NCBI GenBank assembly: GCA_029856365.1
Contig: JAHQWW010000090.1
Coordinates: 1-15,184 of the forward strand
From: Candidatus Hodarchaeota archaeon
GTDB taxonomy: Archaea; Asgardarchaeota; Heimdallarchaeia; Hodarchaeales; Hodarchaeaceae
Direction of reading: 5' to 3'
DNA length: 15,184 nucleotides
In this document: positions 1 through 7,547 of the stretch, piece after piece
Layout: every line of letters begins with the position of its first letter
How positions within the stretch are numbered: position 1 is the stretch's first letter
The notes under the pieces: model-generated
What the model saw: only the letters and a program-made list of their open reading frames with translations
Database searches by the model: none
Told to the model about the DNA's origin: nothing
Made by a program: the position numbers and the translations under genes

Positions 1-1058
1 AAATAAACGAGACCCCCTGTCGGATTATATTGGCCAGAAACTTCTTCAAATTGTCCTAGAAAAGCAACTAATGGATTATTAGGATTTTGCTTACCAATAA
101 TATTCCAGACCATTTGAGCGATAAAATAAATGTCAGCAAATACGGCAGAAGATAATATGACTGGGATATTTGACACGTAAAGCAGTTTAATAGGATAAGA
201 GGAACGGATCCCCTTGTATTGTGCATACAATATCGGTATTTCAATCCGCATCGATTCAAAATAGATGACAACGATGAATACAACAATGGTAGCGATTATT
301 GAAAGGAGAGACAGGGAAGGAAGATTCACATTCTCTGTAGGGTTATATCGGAAAAATAAAACATGAATTGCTTCGATTAATCCTCGTTGTGTTGCCCAAG
401 AATAAAATGAAAAAACAATCCCTCTCATCGAAATTACAGAGCGATCACCTGATCCTTCCCCAATTGTATGTAAGGCGAATAATCCCTGGAAAATTTGTAA
501 TCCGACACCTCCTGCGATGAACAAGGAGATTCCTGATCCTAAACCCCAACCCTTCTGAATCATCTCATCAAGAAGAATGATGATGATACCTGCAGCTAAT
601 AGTTGGGTAATTATAGCCAATTGATCTTCAAGGCTAAGGTTAGTTCCATAAGATCCTCCAATCAGGAATGCACTCGCCTCTATAATTGTCATTACTACTG
701 ACATAACCTTCTGTGTACCAGTATAGAGAGATCTTTCTTCTGGATCCCCCATATTTACACTGATAATTTTTGAACCCACTAAGATTTGCATAATGAGTCC
801 AGCTGTTACAATTGGTCCAATTCCAAGTTCAGCCAAAGAACCCTGAGTTGAGGCTGTAATTGTCCGCATAAAAGCAAGATGGTCAGCTCCTTCAGATTTA
901 GCACCAATAATTGGAGTTGATGCCATTACAAAATAAATGATAAGAGCTGCCAATGTCCAAACTACTTTTTCATTAAAATGAATCTCACGATTTGGTTTGA
1001 TAACTTCTGGAGTTATTGACATGAATGGCCTAATCATTTGAAGAAACTTAGAGGTCAT
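1..1058 (-). CDS. secY: Preprotein translocase subunit SecY/Sec61alpha (partial; 3' end runs off the window)
   Basis: Not in the ORF track. Manual translation from ATG at 1058 gives MTSKFLQMIRPFMSITPEVIKPNREIHFNEKVVWTL...GSLAELGIGPIVTAGLIMQILVG...LLDEMIQKGWGLGSGISLFIA...YPIKLLYVSNIPVIL...PTGGLVY, open to the window edge (352 codons). These are hallmark SecY/Sec61alpha motifs. Confidence 0.97.
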   Translation of the reverse strand, partial: MTSKFLQMIRPFMSITPEVIKPNREIHFNEKVVWTLAALIIYFVMASTPIIGAKSEGADHLAFMRTITASTQGSLAELGIGPIVTAGLIMQILVGSKIISVNMGDPEERSLYTGTQKVMSVVMTIIEASAFLIGGSYGTNLSLEDQLAIITQLLAAGIIIILLDEMIQKGWGLGSGISLFIAGGVGLQIFQGLFALHTIGEGSGDRSVISMRGIVFSFYSWATQRGLIEAIHVLFFRYNPTENVNLPSLSLLSIIATIVVFIVVIYFESMRIEIPILYAQYKGIRSSYPIKLLYVSNIPVILSSAVFADIYFIAQMVWNIIGKQNPNNPLVAFLGQFEEVSGQYNPTGGLVY

Positions 1059-1173
1059 GAAGAAAATCCCAGATAAATACTTTGATGAACTTATAACGTC
1101 TAAATTTTAAAGTTAAGCCGAATTATAAGCTACAACTGGTCATAACCCCTGCAATTTTCATTTTATAATTTTG

Positions 1174-1222
1174 TGGTACAATTACCATACTTCCTGTTGA
1201 TGTTGAAGACAGTAGTACAATT
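1174..1222. promoter_or_regulatory. Candidate operator: palindrome TGGTA-CAAT-TACCA with a repeated GTACAATT core
   Basis: Inverted repeat at 1174-1187. The 8-mer GTACAATT occurs at 1176-1183 and 1215-1222, between the divergent secY and HTH genes. Confidence 0.35.
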
Positions 1223-1232
1223 TCCTAACTAA

Positions 1233-1246
1233 CAGAAAGTATAAAA
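1233..1246 (+). promoter_or_regulatory. Archaeal BRE/TATA promoter for the HTH gene (probably leaderless)
   Basis: Purine-rich CAGAAAG followed by TATAAAA (1240-1246), ending 21 nt before the ATG at 1268. Confidence 0.55.
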
Positions 1247-1267
1247 GATAGTAATAACTAGTAAGAT

Positions 1268-2038
1268 ATGATGGTGGAGTCAATATTCAGTACGAGGAGA
1301 AGAAAGAAACTTCTGAGCTTATTAATTGTACTACTACTATTCCTATCTATTTTTCACTTTTTGGCTTTTACTCATATTTTCAATTCGAGTGAAAGTAAAA
1401 AGGTTTTAGTTCTTTCTGTAAATCCCCCTGATTATATTGAATACATGACAAACTATTATATTCAAAGTACCGATGGATTTGCTCAAATTAAAAAAGTATC
1501 AGAGACAATATCAAGTTTTTCGTTGCTCTTTTTCGGGAAAACTAGAATAGAAAACCACGAAAGTAAAAATCAAAATGGTGAGGCTCCGACAAATAGATCA
1601 ATCATTCTACAAACCATTGAACAAAGCCCTGGGATAACGCTTCGAGAAATTCAACGAGTAACTGGACTCGCTATAGGAGTTATTCAATATCATCTAAATC
1701 ATCTTGAAGCTGCTGGAATTGAGACATTAAGGTTGGGTCGATGTAAACACTTCTTTTTAGGTCAAGGTCACTTTTCATTAAAGGAAAAAAAGTGGTTTGC
1801 AGTTACCCAGAACAAGAATGTAAGAACAATATTACTGTTCTTAAGATCAAACGGGAACAAAGGCTTTCAAAAGGACATCGTCAATTTTGCAGGAATCAGC
1901 AAAGTTATGGTCTCCTATTACATCAAACAGCTTGAACAACTTGGAATAATCAATCGTAACCATCATAGATTGCAAATCACCGAGGATTACCTTTACATAA
2001 TGAATAAGGTCGTAAGCCTCAAGAATAAACTTTTTTGA
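1268..2038 (+). CDS. Membrane-anchored winged-helix transcriptional regulator (two wHTH repeats, archaeal COG3398-like)
   Basis: N-terminal RRRKK plus hydrophobic helix LLSLLIVLLLFLSIFHFLAF. HTH1: NRSIILQTIEQSPGITLREIQRVTGLAIGVIQYHLNHLE. HTH2: QKDIVNFAGISKVMVSYYIKQLEQLGII. Confidence 0.8.
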   Translation: MMVESIFSTRRRKKLLSLLIVLLLFLSIFHFLAFTHIFNSSESKKVLVLSVNPPDYIEYMTNYYIQSTDGFAQIKKVSETISSFSLLFFGKTRIENHESKNQNGEAPTNRSIILQTIEQSPGITLREIQRVTGLAIGVIQYHLNHLEAAGIETLRLGRCKHFFLGQGHFSLKEKKWFAVTQNKNVRTILLFLRSNGNKGFQKDIVNFAGISKVMVSYYIKQLEQLGIINRNHHRLQITEDYLYIMNKVVSLKNKLF

Positions 2039-2117
2039 AACTTGAATGAATCACTATCTTTATCTAAGAAGGAATAGATTGATAGAAACGTTCTTTAATA
2101 TCTTGAATTGCTTGGGA

Positions 2118-2501
2118 ATGCAAATGACTTGCCCAGACTCTTTAAAAGAATTACAGCTGCTAGTCGCGGACTTTATTAACCGTCGAAATTGGAAGAAATA
2201 TCATACTGTGAAAAATCTAGCAATGTCCATTTCGATCGAAGCTGCTGAGATAATGGAATTATTCCAATGGTTCACAAATGAAGAAGCAAGAGATCAGATT
2301 CAAACAGATCTTAATCTCAAAACAAAGCTTGAAGAAGAACTTGCAGATGTCCTAATTTATTGCTTAAGCTTAGGTTATCATACAAAAATTGATCTAAGCA
2401 AAGCAATACGGGAAAAACTAATCCAAAATGAGAAACGATTTCCAGTAGAAGTTGTTTCTGGGCGTTTAGGGCCATATACTCCTCATTCATCTAAAGAATA
2501 A
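2118..2501 (+). CDS. MazG-like nucleotide pyrophosphohydrolase (dCTP pyrophosphatase/DCTPP1-like)
   Basis: Motifs RNWKKYHTVKNLAMSISIEAAEIMELFQW, EEELADVLIY and KLIQNEKRFP. The track start is 2046, but the domain begins at the ATG at 2118 or 2124. Confidence 0.88.
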   Translation: MQMTCPDSLKELQLLVADFINRRNWKKYHTVKNLAMSISIEAAEIMELFQWFTNEEARDQIQTDLNLKTKLEEELADVLIYCLSLGYHTKIDLSKAIREKLIQNEKRFPVEVVSGRLGPYTPHSSKE

Positions 2502-2526
2502 AGAATGAGATTAGGTATTAGTAAGT

Positions 2527-3582
2527 TTAAGATTTCCGAAGATCATATTGTTTATAGGAGAATTCATGTTTTTGTATCCAGTTAATGATTCCTTTTAATG
2601 TGGTTTGGAGTGAGGTTCCTCTACCACCTGCTGCTCTTGGATGACCTCCACCAGAATATTTATTTGCTAAATAATCTACTCGACAACGTTCCAATACGGA
2701 CGCAGGTAGTTGGGAATTCACTCTTAATGAAATCCCAGTAAATTGTTTACCTGGGAAAAGTATACAGGATATTTTTACCCCTTTTTCAAACAAAGTACGA
2801 ACTAAAGCAGATGTCAGAATCTTTTCTTTCCCTTGGACAATTATAATTACATCTGCCATCTCAAGTTGATCTCCTAACTTAATACTCTTCTTCCTCAGTG
2901 TTCTCAACTTTATTATTCTTTGTTGATATATTTTGTTATTGAAAATTTCTAGTTCTTGGCTTGATAGGTCATGAAAAAGAGCAAGAACTTCTTCTATTGA
3001 TTCAGGAGTGCTGCAAATGTCATTTAAAAGCCATGCTTGCTCTTGACGTGTTGCTTCAAGGAATTTTAAAGCAATATTTTCCAGTGGAGGGACAGTAAAA
3101 CTAGCTGTATCAGTAATAGTTGTTAGATCAGCTAATAACTTTAAATTTTCAGGCAAGTGCTCATCAAAATGCTTTGATAACAGATAAGCCGTGCTAGGGG
3201 CATTTTCATCAAATAAAACCACTTCTGCGTTTTTAGCTATAGCTTTATTTGATAAATGATGATCACTGTAAAGAACAATTGATGAATCATTAAAGGGAGG
3301 AAGATCTATAATAGCTATCCAGTTTAACACTTTAAGAAATTCACCAAATTCTGGATGACGGATTTCTTGAAATCCTAGCGGGATGAATATTGCCTCTTGA
3401 AATTCTTTCAAGGATTTTAGTATAACGGCTGATACAACACCATCTGCGTCTGCAGCATGAAAAGCAACCTTGGGCTTAGGTAAAAGGGATAAGGAGTGAA
3501 TGAATCGGAAATTTCTCTTCATTTCATCTGAGAAGTTGGCAATAATACCCTCTAGGTCAAATAATAGGGCCATTACTTTCAC
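2527..3582 (-). CDS. DHH/DHHA1-family phosphoesterase (NrnA/oligoribonuclease-like)
   Basis: Motifs HAADADG (DxD), IIDLP, YSDHH (DHH), APSTA, ISLR and C-terminal GGGHPRAAG. Confidence 0.85.
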   Translation of the reverse strand: MKVMALLFDLEGIIANFSDEMKRNFRFIHSLSLLPKPKVAFHAADADGVVSAVILKSLKEFQEAIFIPLGFQEIRHPEFGEFLKVLNWIAIIDLPPFNDSSIVLYSDHHLSNKAIAKNAEVVLFDENAPSTAYLLSKHFDEHLPENLKLLADLTTITDTASFTVPPLENIALKFLEATRQEQAWLLNDICSTPESIEEVLALFHDLSSQELEIFNNKIYQQRIIKLRTLRKKSIKLGDQLEMADVIIIVQGKEKILTSALVRTLFEKGVKISCILFPGKQFTGISLRVNSQLPASVLERCRVDYLANKYSGGGHPRAAGGRGTSLQTTLKGIINWIQKHEFSYKQYDLRKS

Positions 3583-3621
3583 TTATTTCAGTCTATTTTG
3601 CATTTTCTGTACAATGTAAGA

Positions 3622-4284
3622 TCACAGAGTAATTATTCGATTGAAAGGGATCTTTCTTTTCTCAAGAAAATTTAAAGCTAAAATTGTGTTTCCTAAACTA
3701 TTCTTATGGTGAGAATCGGAACCTATAGAGTACCAATATTCATCATCAAGGTAATTAAACCATTTATCCATATAATTTCCATAACCTGTATTCAATTCAA
3801 CAATGATTTCAAATTCAGATATTTTGCTAAACACATAATCCACTTTTGACTCTGGTACACGTGTAAAACGTGTGTGAGCTAAACCCACATTGAATTTTGG
3901 ATTCTTTTTTTTGAAGTTTAAAACCTGCTGGAATTTTTTTTCCCAAGATGATTGAGTAAAAACATATTCAAATAAAATTAAATCCCATTGAAAGTCTTTG
4001 AGGGAATCTAAAAAATCAATCGAGGAAAGATCAACCTCTATACCGATAAAAATCTTTGTAGGTAACGATTCATTCATTCGTATTTCATCAAGTGTTGCAT
4101 AATACTCTTCAAGTTCCATAACCGAAAGAGCGGGTTTCCAAGTAGAATAGTGATCTGTTATGCAGACTTCTTGAATTCCTCTTTCGACAGCAGCTAAAAT
4201 CATATCTCGAGGACTAAAAAACCCATCAGAGAAAGATGTATGGATGTGATAATCAATGATTCTAGTCATTTGTTTTCTATCCAT
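3622..4284 (-). CDS. PHP-domain phosphoesterase
   Basis: Motifs DYHIHTSFSDG, ITDH, GIEVD, LAH, ELN and GSDSH, the full PHP metal-binding set. Confidence 0.88.
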   Translation of the reverse strand: MDRKQMTRIIDYHIHTSFSDGFFSPRDMILAAVERGIQEVCITDHYSTWKPALSVMELEEYYATLDEIRMNESLPTKIFIGIEVDLSSIDFLDSLKDFQWDLILFEYVFTQSSWEKKFQQVLNFKKKNPKFNVGLAHTRFTRVPESKVDYVFSKISEFEIIVELNTGYGNYMDKWFNYLDDEYWYSIGSDSHHKNSLGNTILALNFLEKRKIPFNRIITL

Positions 4285-4450
4285 TTGTTGTGTAAAGTAT
4301 TTTATCTTTTCGGGGTAAACACTATTTTCAGATACTCTGATCTTAATGGTTATATCTTAAACACAAGACGTAAATAAAGATCCACACATTTGTTTTTAAT
4401 GCCATGGTCTGATTATTTGGAGTTGTAGAACGATTTCTAAACTGGCAATC

Positions 4451-5209
4451 TTGATAGATCCTAACAAGGGTGAAGCGACTGAACGGATGTTTCAGGCATT
4501 AAAAGGAATATTAACTGAATGCGAGGATTCGACAAAACTTCCTCTAGAGATCTGGGTTGGGGATAGTTCTGAGATTTATAGAGGAGTACATAGCTATTTA
4601 AAGAGACTTCACCAATTAGAAATCCAACTTCCCCCTGTAGTTATATTTCCTGGTCATCCTCTACAAATTTCGTCTTTGGCAGACTTCATTCAAATGCCTA
4701 CTCTTCTTAATACATATAGGTTTAGGATTAAGGTGGTACTCAAGTTAGGGAAGAAATATCATTGGTTGATGAAATGGTGTCGTAGACCTTTAGGTAAACA
4801 TTGGCCCATTGATCGTAAATATGGATATATGGTTCTTAGCCCTCAGTCATCTGTCGGTAAAAAGCTTCACGCTAAAGAATTGACCGATGATCAGGCATAT
4901 GAAGAAATAATTTACAAATGGAGGGAATATTGGTCAATGATCTATCTCGAAGCAGGCTCAGGGCGGTTTGGTGCTTCAATAGCAGGGCGATTGGATCTAG
5001 TAAGGAAGGTGAAAAAAATTGCTCATGAAAAAAAGGCCATTTTAATCACAGGAGGAGGTATCCGAACAAAAGTTCAAGTTGAGGATCTGGTTAAGGCGGG
5101 TTCTGATTTGATTGTAATATCGTCTGTTTTAGAAAAATCAGAAGATCCCAAAACTTTAATGGAACAATTTCTTGAAGCAGTTAGCAAAACTATGGAAAAA
5201 TCTTTATGA
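4451..5209 (+). CDS. Geranylgeranylglyceryl-phosphate synthase/PcrB-family prenyltransferase (divergent; true start uncertain)
   Basis: Motifs (KLAIL)IDPNK, VIFPGHPLQISSLAD, YGYMV, YLEAGSG, TGGGIRT and AGSD. The in-frame sequence upstream of TTG 4451 continues the beta-1 strand. Confidence 0.82.
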   Translation: MIDPNKGEATERMFQALKGILTECEDSTKLPLEIWVGDSSEIYRGVHSYLKRLHQLEIQLPPVVIFPGHPLQISSLADFIQMPTLLNTYRFRIKVVLKLGKKYHWLMKWCRRPLGKHWPIDRKYGYMVLSPQSSVGKKLHAKELTDDQAYEEIIYKWREYWSMIYLEAGSGRFGASIAGRLDLVRKVKKIAHEKKAILITGGGIRTKVQVEDLVKAGSDLIVISSVLEKSEDPKTLMEQFLEAVSKTMEKSL

Positions 5210-5225
5210 TTATCCTTAATAAAGG

Positions 5226-5405
5226 TTAATACTTCAGATTTTTTAGTTTTTTACTAGTTTTTTTATTAAAAGGAGGTTTAATCTCTTTCATAATTCTGAG
5301 GTCAAACTTTGAATGAACACCCAAAATAGGGAGAAGACCAGTTCTTCTCCTTTTAAGCTTTTTCTTTCTTTCTGATGGAAGCTTATATTTCTTTTCATGC
5401 TTCAA
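5226..5405 (-). CDS. Putative 59-aa highly basic small protein (unannotated)
   Basis: TTG at 5405 to TAA at 5226 encodes MKHEKKYKLPSERKKKLKRRRTGLLPILGVHSKFDLRIMKEIKPPFNKKTSKKLKNLKY. A GAGGT RBS lies 6 nt upstream (5416-5412). The ORF fills an otherwise empty 320-bp gap. Confidence 0.5.
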   Translation of the reverse strand: MKHEKKYKLPSERKKKLKRRRTGLLPILGVHSKFDLRIMKEIKPPFNKKTSKKLKNLKY

Positions 5406-5530
5406 ACTAAGACCTCATTCTTGCATTTCTATATTCTTACTGTCCAGTAATGAATGATAAATTTTCGATTTATATTATTCTAATTAAATTTATAATATTT
5501 TTTATTTCGGAAGTATATAACTCCTAATAG

Positions 5531-6064
5531 TTATTCTAACTTTCTTCCATATTCAAATAAATTACCAGCGTGATAGATATCTAATTGAACCTTAGATAAA
5601 GGAGTGGCTGCTTTTAAGGATTGATTATTAGAAATATTATCGATTTTTCCTGTTTTTAAATTCACTTTAATACTATCACCTGTTTCAATATTATCCGACA
5701 TGATTTCTGGAGCCATCATAAGAGGTAGGCCCGAGTTAATAGCGTTCCGTTTATAGATCGCTCCAAAAGACTCGCCAATGATCATTTGAACACCGAGGGC
5801 TTGGAGACAATCAACAGCTTGTTGTCTGCTACTTCCAGCTCCAAAGTTCATTCCAACAACTAGAATATCACCTGATTTTGCCTTTTTAGAGAAATCTTCC
5901 CATCCTTGGAGATTACCAAAGCAAAATTGGCCCATTTCATTGATGTCAGTGATATGTAAATGCTTATTATGAAAAATCATGTCCGTGTCTATATCATCGA
6001 TGGCTTTCCCATTTTTATCCTTTATTACCATCGCTCTACCTTCAAGAATAATTTCTTTTTTCAT
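5531..6064 (-). CDS. Aconitase-family small (swivel) subunit, LeuD/HacB-type, pair A
   Basis: Motifs DDIDTDMIF, GDILVVGMNFGAGSSRQQA and ESFGAIYKRNAINSGLP. GAGGTGA RBS upstream. Confidence 0.92.
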   Translation of the reverse strand: MKKEIILEGRAMVIKDKNGKAIDDIDTDMIFHNKHLHITDINEMGQFCFGNLQGWEDFSKKAKSGDILVVGMNFGAGSSRQQAVDCLQALGVQMIIGESFGAIYKRNAINSGLPLMMAPEIMSDNIETGDSIKVNLKTGKIDNISNNQSLKAATPLSKVQLDIYHAGNLFEYGRKLE

Positions 6065-6086
6065 TTTTTCACCTCAGATCTTATTA

Positions 6087-7340
6087 TTATAATTCTGGCA
6101 CTGATATCTCACCAGCTAAGGCAGTTGCAGCAGCAGTTGCTGGAGAAGCTAGATATGTGTCTCCAGAACCTTGTTTCCCAGCAAAATTACGATTTCCAGT
6201 AGAAACCTGTACTTCGCCCTTTCCAGTCATCCCGATCTGACCTGCAGCACAACCACCACACCCTGGATTGGTAATGATAGCCCCAGCTTCATATAGAATG
6301 TTGATAAGACCATCCTTCAATAATTGGCCATAAACTTCTTTTGTAGCTGGAACAATCTTCATCATAACGTTTCGATGAACCTTCTTATTCTTGAGTATTT
6401 TTGCAACGATAGAGATATCTTCATATCGACCATTGGTACAACTAGCGACAACTACAGAGTCAACTTGTGTTCCAGCAACCTCAGCAACGGGTTTAACATG
6501 TGCTGGGGATGGTGGTAAGGCAATCAATGGTTCAAGATCTGAAAAATCGAATTCTAATGTTTCAATATACTCCACATCAGTATCTGATTCATATACAGGG
6601 AAATTATTACCACTTCGTTCTTTACAGTACTGAACAACCTGATCATTTGGAGGGATCAGACCAATAATACCTCCCATTTCAGTAACCATAGATGCAAGAG
6701 TAATTCTTCCCCCTAAATCAAAGGAGTCAATGGTGCTTCCATAAAATTCTATGGCTTTTCCTAGGGCTTTTTTTGAACCAATCTGCTGAAGAACTCCTAA
6801 AGTAACATCCTTCGCGAAAGAATTATGTGCTGGGGTTCCTTCAATCGTTATATTCATTGATTCTGGAACTTCAAACCAAGTCTTGCCAGTTTTAAAGGCA
6901 AAAGCAATGTCCTGATCACCCATACCTTGTCCAAAGGATCCTATAGCCCCAAGAATATTCAAATGTGAATCTGTTCCTACAACGGTGTTACCAGGAACAG
7001 CTATCCCTTTTTCAATCATAATATGAGAACCAATACCTGCATCAACATCATAAAGATGTTCTGGGGGCAAATTTTTACGTGCAAAAATTCTTGCTATATG
7101 TTGGTTCTCTGCATAACCAATTGTTTTGGCTGGTGCAACACAATCAAATGTGAAAAAAGTCTTCAAAGGATCAGCAATCTGTGGTTCATTTGGATAATAT
7201 TTCTCTAAATTTTTAACAACGTTGGCTCCACCAAAATCTCGGGCTGAACGGACATCGATTTCCATCCAAACAATATTACCTGGTATTACATCTTCTGTAG
7301 TGTGATCTGCAATAATTTTTTCGATGATTGTACTTCCCAT
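6087..7340 (-). CDS. Aconitase-family large [4Fe-4S] subunit, LeuC/HacA-type, pair A
   Basis: Motifs TIIEKI, GTDSH, SCTNGR, PGCGGC, STGNRNFAGKQG and YLASPATAAA. The likely start is ATG 7340, with AGGTG upstream; the track starts at GTG 7352. Confidence 0.93.
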   Translation of the reverse strand: MGSTIIEKIIADHTTEDVIPGNIVWMEIDVRSARDFGGANVVKNLEKYYPNEPQIADPLKTFFTFDCVAPAKTIGYAENQHIARIFARKNLPPEHLYDVDAGIGSHIMIEKGIAVPGNTVVGTDSHLNILGAIGSFGQGMGDQDIAFAFKTGKTWFEVPESMNITIEGTPAHNSFAKDVTLGVLQQIGSKKALGKAIEFYGSTIDSFDLGGRITLASMVTEMGGIIGLIPPNDQVVQYCKERSGNNFPVYESDTDVEYIETLEFDFSDLEPLIALPPSPAHVKPVAEVAGTQVDSVVVASCTNGRYEDISIVAKILKNKKVHRNVMMKIVPATKEVYGQLLKDGLINILYEAGAIITNPGCGGCAAGQIGMTGKGEVQVSTGNRNFAGKQGSGDTYLASPATAAATALAGEISVPEL

Positions 7341-7400
7341 CGGTTCAAACACCTTTTCAATCCTTATTTTTTGTATATTTCTAAATTTCTATAATTAATA

Positions 7401-7420
7401 TGTTCTCAACAAAAAGAACA
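7401..7420. promoter_or_regulatory. Inverted repeat TGTTCT-N8-AGAACA in the divergent promoter region
   Basis: Arms at 7401-7406 and 7415-7420, flanked by a further AATTTCT (7384-7390) / AGAAATT (7424-7430) pair. Confidence 0.3.
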
Positions 7421-7547
7421 CAAAGAAATTACATACCCATAACAATATAATTATATAGGAGGAGATTAGACTTGTATTTTGAATATATTACTATGAAGTT
7501 GTAGAATTCGAGGAAGTATCTCTTTAAAGAATGAGGATGATACAAAA

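Noticed and set aside
68-286. 72-aa minus-strand ORF in the track
   Set aside because: Out-of-frame shadow inside secY.
2046-2117. N-terminal extension of the MazG-like ORF
   Set aside because: It lies outside the domain; a start at 2118 or 2124 gives a typical family length.
5960-7208. Plus-strand ORFs 5960-6202, 6324-6518, 6391-6633 and 7023-7208
   Set aside because: Antisense shadows of aconitase pair A with no motifs.
7457-7504. GGAGG followed by a TTG mini-ORF (MYFEYITMKL) as an attenuator leader peptide
   Set aside because: No Leu or Lys codon run and no terminator/antiterminator structure seen.
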